Source: Promethearchaeota archaeon (lineage in GTDB: Archaea; Asgardarchaeota; Lokiarchaeia; Sigyniarchaeales; SOKP01). From it: 64,000 nt of DNA. The stretch lies in the NCBI GenBank assembly GCA_030599585.1, contig JAUVNS010000018.1:25253-89252 (forward strand), given 5' to 3'. The notes beneath the pieces were generated by a model, which worked only from the letters and a program-made list of their open reading frames with translations, was not told the DNA's origin and did not search any database. This document shows, in pieces, positions 24,001 to 29,085 of this stretch (the first letter of the stretch is position 1; each line of letters begins with the position of its first letter). The translations under genes and the position numbers were made by a program.

Positions 24001-25750
24001 AAACGATTTTGAAGGTACGCTTAACGGCTTGTTTAAAACCGAAGCAGACGTCTTAAAATTTCTATTCCTCAAAAAAGATGCCAGCAATAATATAATTCCT
24101 ATGCACGAGAGTGTCCTCACGGTAAAACAATGGTTTTCCTTTATATATGAAAAAATAGAGGCTTACAAAGAAGTTTCAGGAGCGGATAGGATTAACACGC
24201 TCATCGAAGAAGCAAAAACTTCTTTTACAGACAAATATGCTAACAATCCTTTTGACATTAATGCAGGAAAAGAAAAATTATTTTCAACTTCTACGGAGTT
24301 AAAAGCTGGTAAAATAGCTTTTGATACTATTTCTCAGCTCGTAGGTCATTTCACCTTAAGACTACTTTTCATGCGAATGATCAACTTCTATGGAAGTCCC
24401 AAGTCTTACAAGATTGATATAATAAGTAGCCCTAGCAAGGATGATATTGACACATATCTCAGACATTTCTCAATAACGCTTTCAACGCACACAAAGTTCG
24501 ATAAATTTTACAAACTTTCGCTATTCTTTTTAGATTCGTATATAAGCCTACCCGTCACCGAAGATATCAATAAGGAGGATGCAGTTGTGCGTTTTGGATA
24601 TTCTCCTATATCATTTGTGGACGAATCGTTTACCGTCAATAGTTTAAAGGATTTTGATAGAACAATTTCTTCGCAATTTAGAAGTATTTATGAAAATTAC
24701 ATAACAAGTCGATTTCAAGGATCGCTTGCAAACAGAAAGATACGACTATTTGTTGATTCAGGGCAAGAAATATTAAAAGTTTTAAAACCAGTATTAAAGA
24801 TAAAGGTTGACACTTTAGGTTTAACTAAAGCCGAAAAAGTAGAACTTTACAATAGACTTGTTATCGCAGCCGAAAGGGAGATTCTAGATTATACAAGACC
24901 TACAATAACTCATGATTCTGTAGATTATTGGAACATTCGTTACCAGATAGAGAATCTAATTATCGGAGACAAGTTCAAAGAAAATATTAATTTTTACCAA
25001 GTTGAATTTAATGGAAATCCGTTTGTATTAAAGTTATCAAAAGACGATTTCAACGGGAAAAACATAATAATTTTCAAAACTTTCATTAAAAAGTCAAGAG
25101 TTCGTTTTAGTTCTCAAGATTTTGATTACGAAGGATATAATTATAGGATTATCAAAGAGAAAGCACAAATTCTTAGGGAAGCAATCGTAAGCGCTTTAGG
25201 AGGAGAGATCGGGAAAGTGAAGGTTTATCCTCTTTACAGGCCGAATCAAAAAGTAGGCTATCAATTTTTGTTAAAAAATACAATTTTACCAGATGTCATT
25301 CCAACTGAAAGACATACTATTTCTGATAGTACAAAGAAAGACGCCAGATGTTTTGACATCGATTTAGAAGATCCCAACCTTCAATATAAATTAGAGCACA
25401 TTGCAAAACTTTCGCTTAGTTATATAAAATCTTCTCGTAGTGCCTCTTTCACAAGAGATTTTATGTTTTTAATTCTAAAAGATGATTTAAAAATGAATGG
25501 AGAAAGTAAACCAGCTTACGAATACAATCGCATGATTGGAGCTTTTGATCGACATCAATTTTATAGTCCAGACGAGATTCTCTCCACTGGTTCAAAGACA
25601 AAATTTTTCGCACCTTTAGAAATTACTGGTTTCGAATCTGGAATGACAATTAATCCCGAAATAATTAAACGATGGAATAAAGCAAACAGATTTTTAACTC
25701 TTCCGACAGCTGTGGTGTTCCGCGATTGGCAAAACTGGTGGTCTCGATAA
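2..25750 (+). CDS. Giant (>8,571 aa) putative extracellular/polymorphic-toxin-like protein, 5'-partial
   Basis: Frame is open from nt 2 (ACC TCA GCA GTA...) to TAA at 25748-25750, so the true start lies upstream of the window. D/E/N/Y-rich beta-type body with many N-x-S/T sequons; DxDxDG-like loops at 17015-18334; hydrophobic G/A-rich segments at ~18655-18772, ~20125-20290 and ~20700-20810; more basic C-terminal ~1,600 aa. aa ~6160-6930 are homologous to the ORF at 32644-36708. Confidence 0.9.
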   Translation, partial: TSAVGFNFNNAVFNDNYDYLVWFEGYTNGFTSELWVDGTNVQSFGSSPGSEFDGKFFTDINTIKVWLASDGGFNPEDKEVFLDFLKVLWVNQPVNISVKNANSINVTQSYSRTHTTSTPIDSGFYNDPYFGKNSLKFSIKNSITTPKFGRENGSVYADSILSDISLDFTVYPNSSYINFPLEHINVEGNNETKYNAEVLKDYDIYSANRFRNSAMDEIQIPLMTPIELDFGSADLDVLKDMDLEIALSLNFNRYYTASDFIWSLRFRLMYYNYSSGVWEDFKGMLRAENKGVERSVWGSTSDNFVDYLQNPQSNNFIPVSNENDITIKNPILIKSVSNNTISNGKMKLALMSYVIPSNFSIESGDNYFTYERADPQVPIEINQQVDVLECLFIGESVEIMYPDSAIKTNLPLDQNFRANLTLIDNLGEITAVIGKYIDRDSVAYEYPIFSYWITSSNELAFNSPMKYLFSSLEVEYIPEIELVFTNDKYYLPNSSIINHQNFTQPFLVTNLKDDSTVYGTYIHPDVDVGYYLQVDQYGTFVVNSSNFDGIPRGSVRFAKSNDTYFYQFSLSDELIYKYNLLNNASDLIGGTLQLELNAGFSDVVYSELSQVTCSDYKLVVDLHQLDTTTNTLKKIGQITTSLDQNLLYYHYYKIDLDLEETNYETNGRSILAETIARGSHYDLYVTVNSTIYNCFVDGNLFKGLYAHELLSADLQIDAQDSELRYNGEQVDQTFVEIPQESVILNKLDTATYAFDSNSLKYGFEFTVDELRTESAVINEANYEFSFESLALTLSGSYSDYSGILFADITYKAFKWDIDYISTLEPITFTFANDYTENITKFLELIVQYNAIPGYDMEKISETSGRLVLSEEAKDASLLKVYMYNFIEDKWDHVNFVTYDDYSGTNTFSYVVDRNFITFENYFNDTISGQFEAKIIFTIEEDVGDCFVSKISFDVNSLNANIYYSTPSTSHKVNPQVEFDVDLTEYYADSSIYLEEITLDLNFDGEIELDDAFIFSQYALLEENYNFYLRNEYLEYELFELEDNKLTVSRSDLDRLLFYDVENEKYVVRGALEYDWNCIIEMNLGSNSKLEILAALNLINYDLSVSYTSYEVRRISASEISVPFKLAAIYAPNYINTTDGITNLEDDEEIDVGIFRGFLRNVDTRQRLMLRQKLYYNFTDSQISNYNIVLDQEYTDCVLRFVSPYGYLHSPVDYLINQTYFEFISDSEVTSIEFYYHNGVNYAKKGDMEKDSIDATKFTFLWDDAQGDTGAITGDSVKIMFNLTDILGNNGQYEYSLLADFYPPQVSISLGDGAQNFESDLIATPDTAITFTSNEEDGVVSEHYSWAEDFESYDSGYMDHSYYPDDYNSTWTMDSLNMNNAFPTATISELWSGWTLDYDSQVTTSSFSNGDLSSNLIEATELYSPDQPSDFNVTGAGLTQYGNLETIDANYSIIDSADVATSYGDTQYIDSVTYTTGEYSLGALSDTETDDSNYYRSVSLNTIKLNLFFDPVVGGRDFYMDIHCEAWYGFSDPVTNYIQVNGQTVLTSDANDVIDQDNFLIEGVNSIRAYTIDRTGATYHALYYFKLVEKITEKVYVEAAPEYLDSVTYDNGAYQSGSYSDTQTDSRGSNYKSWGSVGIDMNLLFDPSLGGRDFNVSLDCLGTVAYNSLSYGFYVNNILQASATTSEYITFDGMVYSDVNSLELRIGDGSGNEYINLYYLKIEEIIEEVTVQVEIQGPEDTSVDFLKYSHKSNVSQTIDLDIWNWNTEQWYEIESVNNYASFDNDSFSLGQSSPYVNATNDVRIRYQGYWNQSSTYQIQIDRLALEYSYLPQGSPYADVSKTITDSFLDRYDSGFSNYQKLYEITIDFDYIFTKDSTLYDDFAQFTLDGSDFALSKDGYSHHFSDYFEYDSASRSGFDLMFNVSNGLLEIENMEYNFRFKSLDTSDHILLQQDFTVEFTDENELEVFKNFQDANFVIYNSYSFTTNSDGFTYYNTNGRTDKLEIIYKIKADDQWYTSIYSTSLAESGAKKFNVSQFMVDNLLIQFQDFEVEYLLTGNNSDLTINYLTLNCSTAAKYIQEYYRITYNVMGQISNWISFNSSAYTKLDDFGELPANFSVEYKVIDFAGNVGTATIYNTNYKNVMYSLEKSISLSDNEIDLNNPNNREISFENTGQFNNVNLLDVYINGFRYGTASLDTGYYKLNFGTGNSKETLLAYSDSLMTDYIYSNVNPLNHVSWEVREDDYFAVVKHVLVDGEIVIINPLSYNRTTQLDINHLYDRGFGLENLLRIRRAYYINSSNDAVCTMSFGIDYWIEKSGEISFPETSKLHLLYANPSEVKNGLIYFEHDVSLIGDQLSLTNADGFFVNFTMPSVYYDHTTIEKLTINFNDLMGNSFSKVYFDLDLREYFLENVKDQYEVDIFGLGKMMTIPLYIDMNDIRLSNPNKPFTLSFLESISFEIKDSPRWPGSFIQDIGNYTIMNLPYQRISISDIRLYNSISDSLDANNDGFVSSTVKFVAPDYYNCFGETEFNIKRLNIEFTDLQIFAYRELVEAGSVVDVEHSDLIEINYHWGDTISQVLLNDIYTLPVELINGSSGDTLSIGGAYWITKYEMDSLSGYIKYYYSRFEVPKGLGEYNVSFSSRGTPLFNITFLSAPSFTLNVTQESLSSTTPIYLENDQFEVEYGDPIILSGAILDNDEYIIEDEVYSYKYQEALDGETSHTLKLVSPFGDSDFIDTNNFSIYYINDKLEVLPLYTTLHNKRFLNDTILAYGKDPVISYVDNAFILNIYWEKSSTSFIRYDTNLLISYKVLIGQPLSPISFTSSDSYGNNKQQNLIEIPFAKYDIITRSWKTEGDFVNRFPINKLLLSEDVESTGATLEGLTFYEGEEITTGVIGLENIYVNKSYSSEFRLLDSSEYDWSIDSTGKLVVSGLNYTTTGDVFDVNYYACYPTEIPHSLTKDVSNVDYVKVRNGTGHEYLFVENIDYKLSEDGYSIFFVDLYNTILKSNNFTIYDTFEIGYHSSLAKKIDLSQNILLLLQDSEGNNIPIDGIPIDSLGMFDYEETLKIDSPFSIPVGGGKKIVHMELAYLPLNIYNKSSDILKNIDYLDGDIGNIYAVKESNAWAKPITVITIPEKVKLSLVENPLENIVINQKFYEEREYYFNLNPVEALEKGEEYTKVMIDALVKEDYEFTFRLSDLLEDKPINNSIVWLQVGFVPKTKTKFVNERATIDDLGISPYFESLGTEEITFLGPGTGTEKMFGKPLTYELDWYNTNFSSYGPHIWSFAKTNEFGEAKFDVSFDQDYLSDFSDVFGSIEGFDSIDDVVLYIRAFSSYFNWSEFAINTPNQYLCSESGNIFDGSTALDNYDFTNLALQDSTYVEGLITLHKKDIALGINDYFSYNLPDAGVGGSYDPLTIHLYVAEATPIPSMIGTTVESLTNIYTSSQLEPTAHNILNDDYSFYANIEFYTPSGSLAETMFMEINPEFNSGVITIDNETVIQILSKLGPGISTIKIQVAESEYYKPSPSITVPLEVRPSNWIKYGQKNTIIDLIDPYINAWGNAFNGEGFMPFESNYPHLIGTIWIEPNFEGTGEEKEQSIQDYVEIGLDCITESSVPIDEVPEGVSFKVDPINTHMAIIKESFPLRENIMLRPGNREGVMMFDVGLGPEDAFIMGLECELNLTFNINYNNFDIYEDDRQVDIYLLDLRLEENPSSSSNKTLWSVYNDEFNSDGTGFGLSKDNSIQTETGVVSLGGTENEVDYGLEVEFTYNPEESIYTIDSESELFDLFKLDDITPLEVSWLNGSEEITLTKDTDWQIGSSLSEIEFLDNSLPDNYSDFIVVYKFDFDFGANNFANITLGPRGGNNANESWILFSLPDGFLPPSEDSLSFMYTRFNQTFVGTGSATQYTLEYGVQGATEWDDDLFIIYNEGELGLLSRDAPSGRPRVEINKPLDEVFNVKYGIRSEYLLGYGFQKVGEVYSDSVRLMYNNESSSPIIDSAGPKNTLSLSDPSLYISLDDSSKETILELYNVPLLYSPEVNFTFALDPIVMDLVDTFTTEIVNSLEITFYYVASGGYGSYYTDTILLPLNYTELSLDLQSGSYFLNYNKDLQGIYEAFGTGNLDVYVAISQVGNGSNYIPYVILEEFDYLCDEHLLEMYDRMPLDGDGDLDVKAVINTPHYVQLFSKPFVDDIYGGSPFDLLDNSQITVGLDDMVYSSLVSLQTDGVGGYAFEYLGSQETLPINAENYYQIPNLGLFTDAYNLDEVVYQDGYVDLFYGNGIEVSGAYDFDLAINMEYDSLTVDDYEATISGGVVTSWEDYYNITDQFLTTDEIAVSDTVLYHQLFDLTSDIIELDDLNEILGNITGAYFGVKLPDDVSISYLRTIGSPYTYDLSVQGFPIGSYIDGTYCKVKTSGTTQDFDLREDSEIMNRTTYYSLEFASNGSKYIVFTKSINDVSNFAVNDKIMVDYWAYYTFVEGFDYEIVEDPLDPYTSVIDWAYQISAIDSYTMHPDFIINSSFSVDFSALEWEEIDNNYIHDGSDEFTFQPHIDTNTTVLYSGDVTEDFSVLNIVPDNQFNETDLFTNIYVDIWDGENEDTIFTYEYLYQPLGHGYIIQDVNVSFYFTINYTAIEEFFQQYYPDHVLLDDSYTYIQLGYESTQLRYTMSNTPFNYDYVGSEHTTYHIVLTIGEDAPIYSYQSAFNDYILKIENNFVYFNDSRFVDDGYIANNTNIKLEYKYKLQPGLLERKHFLSVIYPWSNAFNSIVDDAISGDSDITYREKYRKLSGSSIISPFEYSLSINDTYRLYLSYRLNQREYFEEKFEIDYRSGELDFYYLSNAFDNYVSEYSKEEVVVYYFDENNQMQFLDRASFIVDNVTHKITLKADGNPIVSINPIVEFYVGFSPAVSDERFNAYEYTYNPSLGMNDTLELTYWNVTHGERFDVIPNLNAYNYINEPRTTFTNFVSHATQVAAFLEEEETLVFDLAGEIGWYNDALLDGIQNGEYLSIYFHASFENYYCLEGISVELNDSTGVIPGFTQFITIEELVMWDFDIKIDLPFEPNNDLQTIAITPIFADSDEYSEDNILGIPHFELLEWDEDLVEGDIDRYIPIQLETELITDSPSLEIAYLFNENLQYLALPEGVEFNWSVDDDFLGEGHYTLNIPEIFVNPDDTSQNATFEDGDVILFRYNIPAQKLVKIGIKEIYFNKKPYNYDQLSVLSEFVLVNANETDSDSYNYDEFTAPYNYNASLRLTPFDDEFTSSYKSVAIDLNISSLEAFAIDGFVDFSHILFSAPNPNYELTVSQVVIVQELEGLSDFVEFFDSRVWQFTEFEKVTSSPVPEKDNYSLELPNDPIYYRDADEGKWLEFIKIYDENYNYYSAGISGDEYQLLWSPATKNFTWNPSFDRFQEYWGMQIELPQLIQSNTTLYFEYCANVSWSNEIDLDYENIHFDSFELIYNYDYLLTPRFEDWYGELIDNSNDGFDYEIEQFYSETFVVYTETNEYSHAFETEYDFEDDFLNLTLYSIVGLYANFTEKIIDDDNVNYDVVFDIPAKNITITDLISGDGLLNEFDAITVVLNFTHGLDSTKTKLKFSDSFNQTYLDDMDATFYDFVSGSFEYATKSGDYLFVERAETIASDSTSFVSIDYTRNSDLSINLNLDKYNTSALFDNFELYLDPYNVIYEADADMDGRRDFKHEIDIDKNGRVDVIKFGVESETDSNEIIWHTAINDFLGDETEYDLKSRPRETTKWFDLDDAMFTTSTSLFTIFFAELDYWGKKYVEQTYATDQSVESSFYSIMVDDDYDGTANTQYTYEKSNFVQYTYVINNETTILAAKPQNMFTYIYASMAEWIGTLVTGGRVDPIFNEQLTPEMIESGSYPGDFHWLAPDIRETLTQTYKKYSIVSTRLYIENSVSEKITVNNWENGTLLETRIYQDLFKDDSIDLGIDLSQTVTNLETGQQQDIPLDFIPAIQTEQNSYAIWDDDSNVPGKFESLTSVDLESSSSDSSNLFERDIRIVIPSRINPYNDYKKSVSLKTSGTSDMRLNITGIHITPADGKVYYSSDKESFKLNGGDAAKTEGSYFYYDSDQNGFMETVYVLSPVKGAGDDAYYEVVAIGFNYDGKHDFVPYSKTEIGSPIENLNEFKDVLSHEVYQTGGNIFVFSKLASDTDRLFPPEDRDGYEVKDNIFEIRKLITQSAQNARFSELFYETRHREFNSLWEVFGEKFERDLSEQVAISITAGIAAAIARVFTSDLGAMAVYFGIYTSLSLISNDVKAREAEAKIRSQTFYSEDADSNQPRFLNNKYPKDDIWGDSMPAALSGHPGTYYAEVRGGQTGNEYLGYVVAAPPNDDRCWGGSNNFLDFIGSNFDLAWTDTLPQDVNPDIMTGLDFDYHNLDFLMVASELYSYNDQEHYTYLEGQELADTMLVLEPVYEDYDFEQLLSYEDYELEDFVKLYLTGPEIVLRIIQNYDSYKLRQNTLGYLEHEITEATNGSLNSIRPIISDEAPQYVFAQEDGTSPLSPLFSPLIISSARYDQLSDSRKFGYIFVDIASSETANTKGIDSTDLLDEERAFYSAKIPLADMYGAFNYPIESVILHKVVDKEITSRTLNPSDYEVPEKVQNLYFTHPIKDLMGDEDYLAHSMTKTYSEETEVHYICEIKFAKIIPDDGNLSEENQRNLLAQTTMYPILDYFDQYTFAATTAKMIGEIAYTEIITVQSTSRSAIIVAMAGAAAATQKKLSEEAVGMIAQVGSSVWSTAVSTAPSSIFYSTIIQIASGATRIVAQTVAEMFEEIIVDGFIETYFQNSARMLGWTEGVGNLISTLMTTIRETNMFGIFNLGGQDTSSQGANSLDVNLNAQTEQELQHSSLTAELSQLIAERENDQSFTLEEFLKENKEGVRSIMSEFGLVPSRHETILKMAGIISSGIFAGLSMLVPGLSFAGFSLYGFSPMIKHLGGKIGGQGTGSTTTMRAALQNARKSEISQDIDAKIIKQMEAKSGPIDAIFRSKSDQAATVKSIGSISHTGRAVEYLVDTKAKDFDPNTYYALQSQAQTFYEPSLIVKNLEAQIETTKYIAKAIESLGLIKQTISDIEEKVETSSEISSINLDTSAIKSPIPIEDPITWLLDADYEGDTYKRILLPGLLKMTVPEFKLLVMQEYDVQYAIDIFYGPISYVDPTTYDIEIGRKVGSLDIYSDTTMGEILEELNIDPENPLEHFFVVPNTESTENRENLEQMVDSPAYTLFKDVLSRNFEGRDNVIKAFGTPEKVAFLSKFYQEVIGYLKTAMMDKFGISEQNLFSESSGLIRGYVTQDLHGDEVKAIWEESGATTDDKARFNKKIKEYIEDRFLSYIKEDGFKKGDFDVLIEHRMDETILLFLLNEMDTEDTTPEGLYSKFKEFYYEFDSIVRDLHSVTYDLTNPAGLNLFMQNFLQTFYSTALKGKPSHYTNAKTFIGEIPETGAVRHAIIKLARRYATHGFQDFDIGHDMQYTALGPKEDINDIISDLKAKKEIDNFGIDITTSFTPLLVNHQDVLYTLSPNFISSLEVKNSRRIDSIHAIYDIGIDVFRTIDIDKYFSFGLDKVPVRYEDFYLPVSSAMIPSIFYNIFGTRDPNNMRHLGFNADGTITKTGDRKGDSESLFFLQVTKALNNFISTQFSGLDKNALKSNLKEVFDFLSLEEPLTSPSLPIFGNFLDFALDELEALHNKIRVIASSVFGSNKASKLTTEFYEEALSKFSDNLDKLVQDSDNGIRLIWRETLRCFLDSGIILRPNMLPSRSTGFFVIDKNGNRHYKGDPELDYNFFINPGVNFVFVHDKAGNNGIMAVTLEDNLLPDGILEGYRDTITSEVIDGVYICDEEGTFFLSRVGYDNQEFFIRDEEWYKAGNAISGAIESNQLTYWRSETKITGNSMTCFLQKTFATVNAIEAYIPPINAKLSASSGISTISQENNLIFNPLISGKLITTETFVKTYISLLGLRNFFGSSSRGAYANTFIADKLQLYNLKFDPLIGESPNPSTLRSKNDFEGTLNGLFKTEADVLKFLFLKKDASNNIIPMHESVLTVKQWFSFIYEKIEAYKEVSGADRINTLIEEAKTSFTDKYANNPFDINAGKEKLFSTSTELKAGKIAFDTISQLVGHFTLRLLFMRMINFYGSPKSYKIDIISSPSKDDIDTYLRHFSITLSTHTKFDKFYKLSLFFLDSYISLPVTEDINKEDAVVRFGYSPISFVDESFTVNSLKDFDRTISSQFRSIYENYITSRFQGSLANRKIRLFVDSGQEILKVLKPVLKIKVDTLGLTKAEKVELYNRLVIAAEREILDYTRPTITHDSVDYWNIRYQIENLIIGDKFKENINFYQVEFNGNPFVLKLSKDDFNGKNIIIFKTFIKKSRVRFSSQDFDYEGYNYRIIKEKAQILREAIVSALGGEIGKVKVYPLYRPNQKVGYQFLLKNTILPDVIPTERHTISDSTKKDARCFDIDLEDPNLQYKLEHIAKLSLSYIKSSRSASFTRDFMFLILKDDLKMNGESKPAYEYNRMIGAFDRHQFYSPDEILSTGSKTKFFAPLEITGFESGMTINPEIIKRWNKANRFLTLPTAVVFRDWQNWWSR
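4400..5170 (+). repeat. Internal ~135-aa tandem domain duplication within the giant protein
   Basis: YIDSVTYTTGEYSLGALSDTETD...NLFFDPVVGGRDFYMDIHC...LYYFKL versus YLDSVTYDNGAYQSGSYSDTQTD...NLLFDPSLGGRDFNVSLDC...LYYLKI. Confidence 0.8.
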
Positions 25751-25775
25751 TTTTTTTTTCTATTTTCCAGACTTT
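25751..25775 (+). terminator. Oligo-T tract, probable archaeal intrinsic terminator of the giant gene
   Basis: TTTTTTTTTCTATTTT immediately after the stop codon. Confidence 0.45.
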
Positions 25776-25828
25776 ATTTATATTTCATTTGTATTTATTG
25801 TAAATAACCCTTTCGTCATTATAGAAGT

Positions 25829-26902
25829 TTAAGAACAATCTAACTTGTTGTTTTCCAGTGCTAAGACTTTTAGCGATTTCATTTCTTTTATAGATTTCGG
25901 TAATCTAGTTAGATGGTTATTATTTAATGCTAGAACTTCTAAGTTCTTTAACTTTTTTATTGATTCAGGAATACATGTAAGCTTGTTTATGCTTAGCCCT
26001 AGTCGCTTAAGGTTAAATAATTCCGTTACGATCTCAGGGAAGATTTTAAAATTGTTGACGCCTAAATAAAGTAATTCGAGAGATTTTAAAGAAGATATTT
26101 CGCGAGGAAGAGTTTCCAACTGGTTACCGCTTAGGTTTAACTCTCGAAGGTTTTTTAGCTGCCCAATCTCTTTTGGGACATACAAAAATACATTCTCGTC
26201 TAAATAGAGCTTCCTTAAAGATGTTAATCTTGTTATTTCTAAAGGAAAACGTGTTAAATGGCAATGCCTTAACTCCAATCCAATTAACTTATTTTTTTCA
26301 AATTCAATCGCAAATTGCGGATTGCCGTATTGGTTATCGAACCATAATTCTTCTTCGATTTTTACTTCAGCTTTGGAAAGTATTTGCAATTTATTTAAAA
26401 TTAAGACTTCCTCATTTTCTAAAAATGTTTCAATTAACTTTTCTTTTACATATTTTCTTACATAACCATTTCCAATTAGATATCGGACAATAATTGGATG
26501 ACCGCTTTCAAACCTTTTTACGATTTCTTCTTCAAATACTGCTTTTGCTACTTGATCTCCAACGTCAGTTAAAGCCTTTAACATAGGAAACGCTAAAGTT
26601 CTATGCAATAGTCGCGTATCGTAATTAAACTCGTACCACGCTTGAAGGTTAGAACAGTGTGCCCAAAACTCTTCTTCTGGTAGTATTTCAAATTCTTCTA
26701 AAGCTCTTTCTTCTAACGATTGATCCAATAGTCTTTCTGCCTCGTCAATAGACATAATATCTTCAAAATTTTCAATATTATTCTCGTCTATATAAATTAA
26801 TAGAAATTTACAGTGTCTAAACAGTTTGTCTTTTATATAAATATTGGTCTTACCGTTTTCTAGTCGTAATTTTAAAAATTCATTTATTTGAAATTCTTTC
26901 AT
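25829..26902 (-). CDS. 'HCSNLQAW'-domain protein with C-terminal leucine-rich repeats
   Basis: N-terminal LKLRLENGKTNIYI...CKFLL...EEEFWAHCSNLQAW...RLLHRTLAFPMLKAL domain; about six 23-aa LRRs (LxxLxLxxNxLxxLPxxIxxL). Confidence 0.9.
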   Translation of the reverse strand: MKEFQINEFLKLRLENGKTNIYIKDKLFRHCKFLLIYIDENNIENFEDIMSIDEAERLLDQSLEERALEEFEILPEEEFWAHCSNLQAWYEFNYDTRLLHRTLAFPMLKALTDVGDQVAKAVFEEEIVKRFESGHPIIVRYLIGNGYVRKYVKEKLIETFLENEEVLILNKLQILSKAEVKIEEELWFDNQYGNPQFAIEFEKNKLIGLELRHCHLTRFPLEITRLTSLRKLYLDENVFLYVPKEIGQLKNLRELNLSGNQLETLPREISSLKSLELLYLGVNNFKIFPEIVTELFNLKRLGLSINKLTCIPESIKKLKNLEVLALNNNHLTRLPKSIKEMKSLKVLALENNKLDCS

Positions 26903-27331
26903 AAAACTTTAAGTCTCAATTTTATATCCTATTAATTTAACGAAAACGGGCTTATATAAACTTTTAGAGATAAACAAATTTTTAAACCAATTAGATAATG
27001 ACTCCCCATTAATTAAAAAGAAATGTATTTCACTTTTTTCTTACTATTTTGTTGTTTGATTAATTCTGCTTAATAAAGGAAAGGTTAGAAGGGTAACGCG
27101 TTGAAAATTGGTATCCTTTGTTGATAAATTCACGATAAAAAACAATTTTTATTGTTATTTTTTTCTTTTTGACACAAGTAAAACTTGAAGAAAAGCTTGG
27201 TTTTAAATCAATATCATAATCAAATAGGTTTGGGAATTTTAGAAGAATTAAAGAATTTTTGATGAGATTTAAAAATTATTATACTATATACTTTATTATA
27301 TTGTTAAGACATTATTTAATTATCATTGTAA

Positions 27332-27628
27332 TTGGGGAGAGTTTATCTGGAACCAGATAAGGAAACTTTGATAAAACTGGTTAAACAAGGCATTGAAATG
27401 TTAGCAGAAAGGAACATTAGTAGCATTCTAGTCCTATCATCATATAAAATAAATTCAGTGTTAAAGGATAACTATGGCGTGAATATTAAGGTTGATAGAA
27501 TTGGAAGAATTCTCTCAAGCGTAGCTAAAAATAATAAACTCAAGAGGCTAGGAACTCAGATCCCAAAATACCAATTGCAAATATCGAAAGTTGGAAGACT
27601 TCGGTATCCCGAATTGTTGTCTTCGTAA
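27332..27628 (+). CDS. Small basic hypothetical protein, possibly winged-helix DNA-binding
   Basis: 98-aa ORF with TTG start, K/R-rich, pattern of helices followed by a beta hairpin; isolated by AT-rich intergenic DNA. Confidence 0.6.
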   Translation: MGRVYLEPDKETLIKLVKQGIEMLAERNISSILVLSSYKINSVLKDNYGVNIKVDRIGRILSSVAKNNKLKRLGTQIPKYQLQISKVGRLRYPELLSS

Positions 27629-27703
27629 AGTGAGATAAATATTTCACAAAATCTATTTATATAATCTATCTGCTTGAAATTTATAAAAAAAGTAAAAATC
27701 CTA

Positions 27704-29083
27704 CTATTTCTTAATATTTCGGAAGTCAGGAATTATTTTTTGTAATCTATCAATTAACTTTTCAAGTTCGACAAAATCGCTATTAAAGCTATCTAATTCT
27801 GAAATTAAATTATCGAAATTGGTAGTAATGGTTATTTCAAAGGGATGATTGATAGCACTTATTCCTTTTAACATGTCGATAGAGAGACTTTCTATTAGAT
27901 TCGTTAAATTTGAGATTTGGTTTCCTGATGATTCAATTTTCTCTCTTGTGTTTGTATCTAATTTGGTTAATTCGTATAGTTTATTGATGGATTCATCGAG
28001 ATTATTTTTTATAGAATTAGCGATATCACTGATACTACGCTCTAAAGACTCATTAATTTCACTTTTTAAGATTTCACTGATCTCTTGTGTATTCGATTTT
28101 AATTCTTCTTGCCCCTCAAGACGTTTTCTTATGTATCCCTCAACTTTTTCCTTATATTCATCTATCCTTTCTTTAAATTTTAGATCAATCCATTGTTCTA
28201 CTTTTTCGAAACCACTATTAATCGCAGAATCCATTTCTGAAAGGGAGTCATTTATTTTATGAAGACCTATTAAAGCTCCATCATTAAAATCTGTAGACCA
28301 TAATTCTAATTCAGATTTGTAATTGGTTAAGACTAAGCTAGATAAATTCTGTAGTCCTTTTTTAAACCCGTCTATAACCGGATTAATGTTAGGGTATTTT
28401 ATGTCGATTTTCGTATCAGTTTGACCTATTGATGTTGGAATTTCTTGAAGATCACCTGGAATTCCTTCAATCATCTCAAATTTCTCGGGTATTATATTTG
28501 GATCCTTCGCTTGACCATATTCCACAAGCTCTCGAACCCAATTGAAGAAATCTAGGGATTTTGGTGGCTCGATTTCGTTTTTTACTCTAACTATTCCACT
28601 TTTTTCTCCTAATTTGTGATTTTTTAATTGGAATACTTCTAATCCTAAATGATCGGCTTTTTTAAGTTGAGAGGGATCAAATACAATTCCAAATGCTAAG
28701 GGGTTCTGTTCATTTTGAAAATATAAATGGTTCTTTTTATCAACATCTGAAAAGAAAAATGAATCGCTGTTAGGGTGTGAATGATACCAACCCACAACGG
28801 AATAGGTCTCCTCTTTAACTTCTTCTTTTAGCTGCTCAAGTGATTTATGAATCTTTTCTGAAAATCCTAATTCAACTTGGTCTCCGTGCGTAATAGGAAT
28901 GGCTTTGATCACGTCAATGTCATCGCTGTCAGGTTTTTTGATACCCAAACAAAATCCTATAACCTGTTCATTATCAAACATAACGTTTGCAAATCGTAAC
29001 GCATGAGTAAGAATATCTTTATACACACTCATTCGTATGAACACTTTACCATTTTCTCTGGTTTCAACTGTGCTCTCATTCAT
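27704..29083 (-). CDS. MPN/JAB (Mov34) domain protein with long C-terminal coiled coil
   Basis: VVGWYHSHPNSDSFFFSDVD JAMM-type motif, NEQVIGFCLG, AFGIVFDP; ~230-aa heptad-rich tail. Confidence 0.88.
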   Translation of the reverse strand: MNESTVETRENGKVFIRMSVYKDILTHALRFANVMFDNEQVIGFCLGIKKPDSDDIDVIKAIPITHGDQVELGFSEKIHKSLEQLKEEVKEETYSVVGWYHSHPNSDSFFFSDVDKKNHLYFQNEQNPLAFGIVFDPSQLKKADHLGLEVFQLKNHKLGEKSGIVRVKNEIEPPKSLDFFNWVRELVEYGQAKDPNIIPEKFEMIEGIPGDLQEIPTSIGQTDTKIDIKYPNINPVIDGFKKGLQNLSSLVLTNYKSELELWSTDFNDGALIGLHKINDSLSEMDSAINSGFEKVEQWIDLKFKERIDEYKEKVEGYIRKRLEGQEELKSNTQEISEILKSEINESLERSISDIANSIKNNLDESINKLYELTKLDTNTREKIESSGNQISNLTNLIESLSIDMLKGISAINHPFEITITTNFDNLISELDSFNSDFVELEKLIDRLQKIIPDFRNIKK

Positions 29084-29085
29084 CT

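Noticed and set aside
2013-24120. Numerous 60-200-aa ORFs inside the giant gene, and similar ones inside other long genes
   Set aside because: These are antisense or alternate-frame shadows of long coding frames with no motifs.
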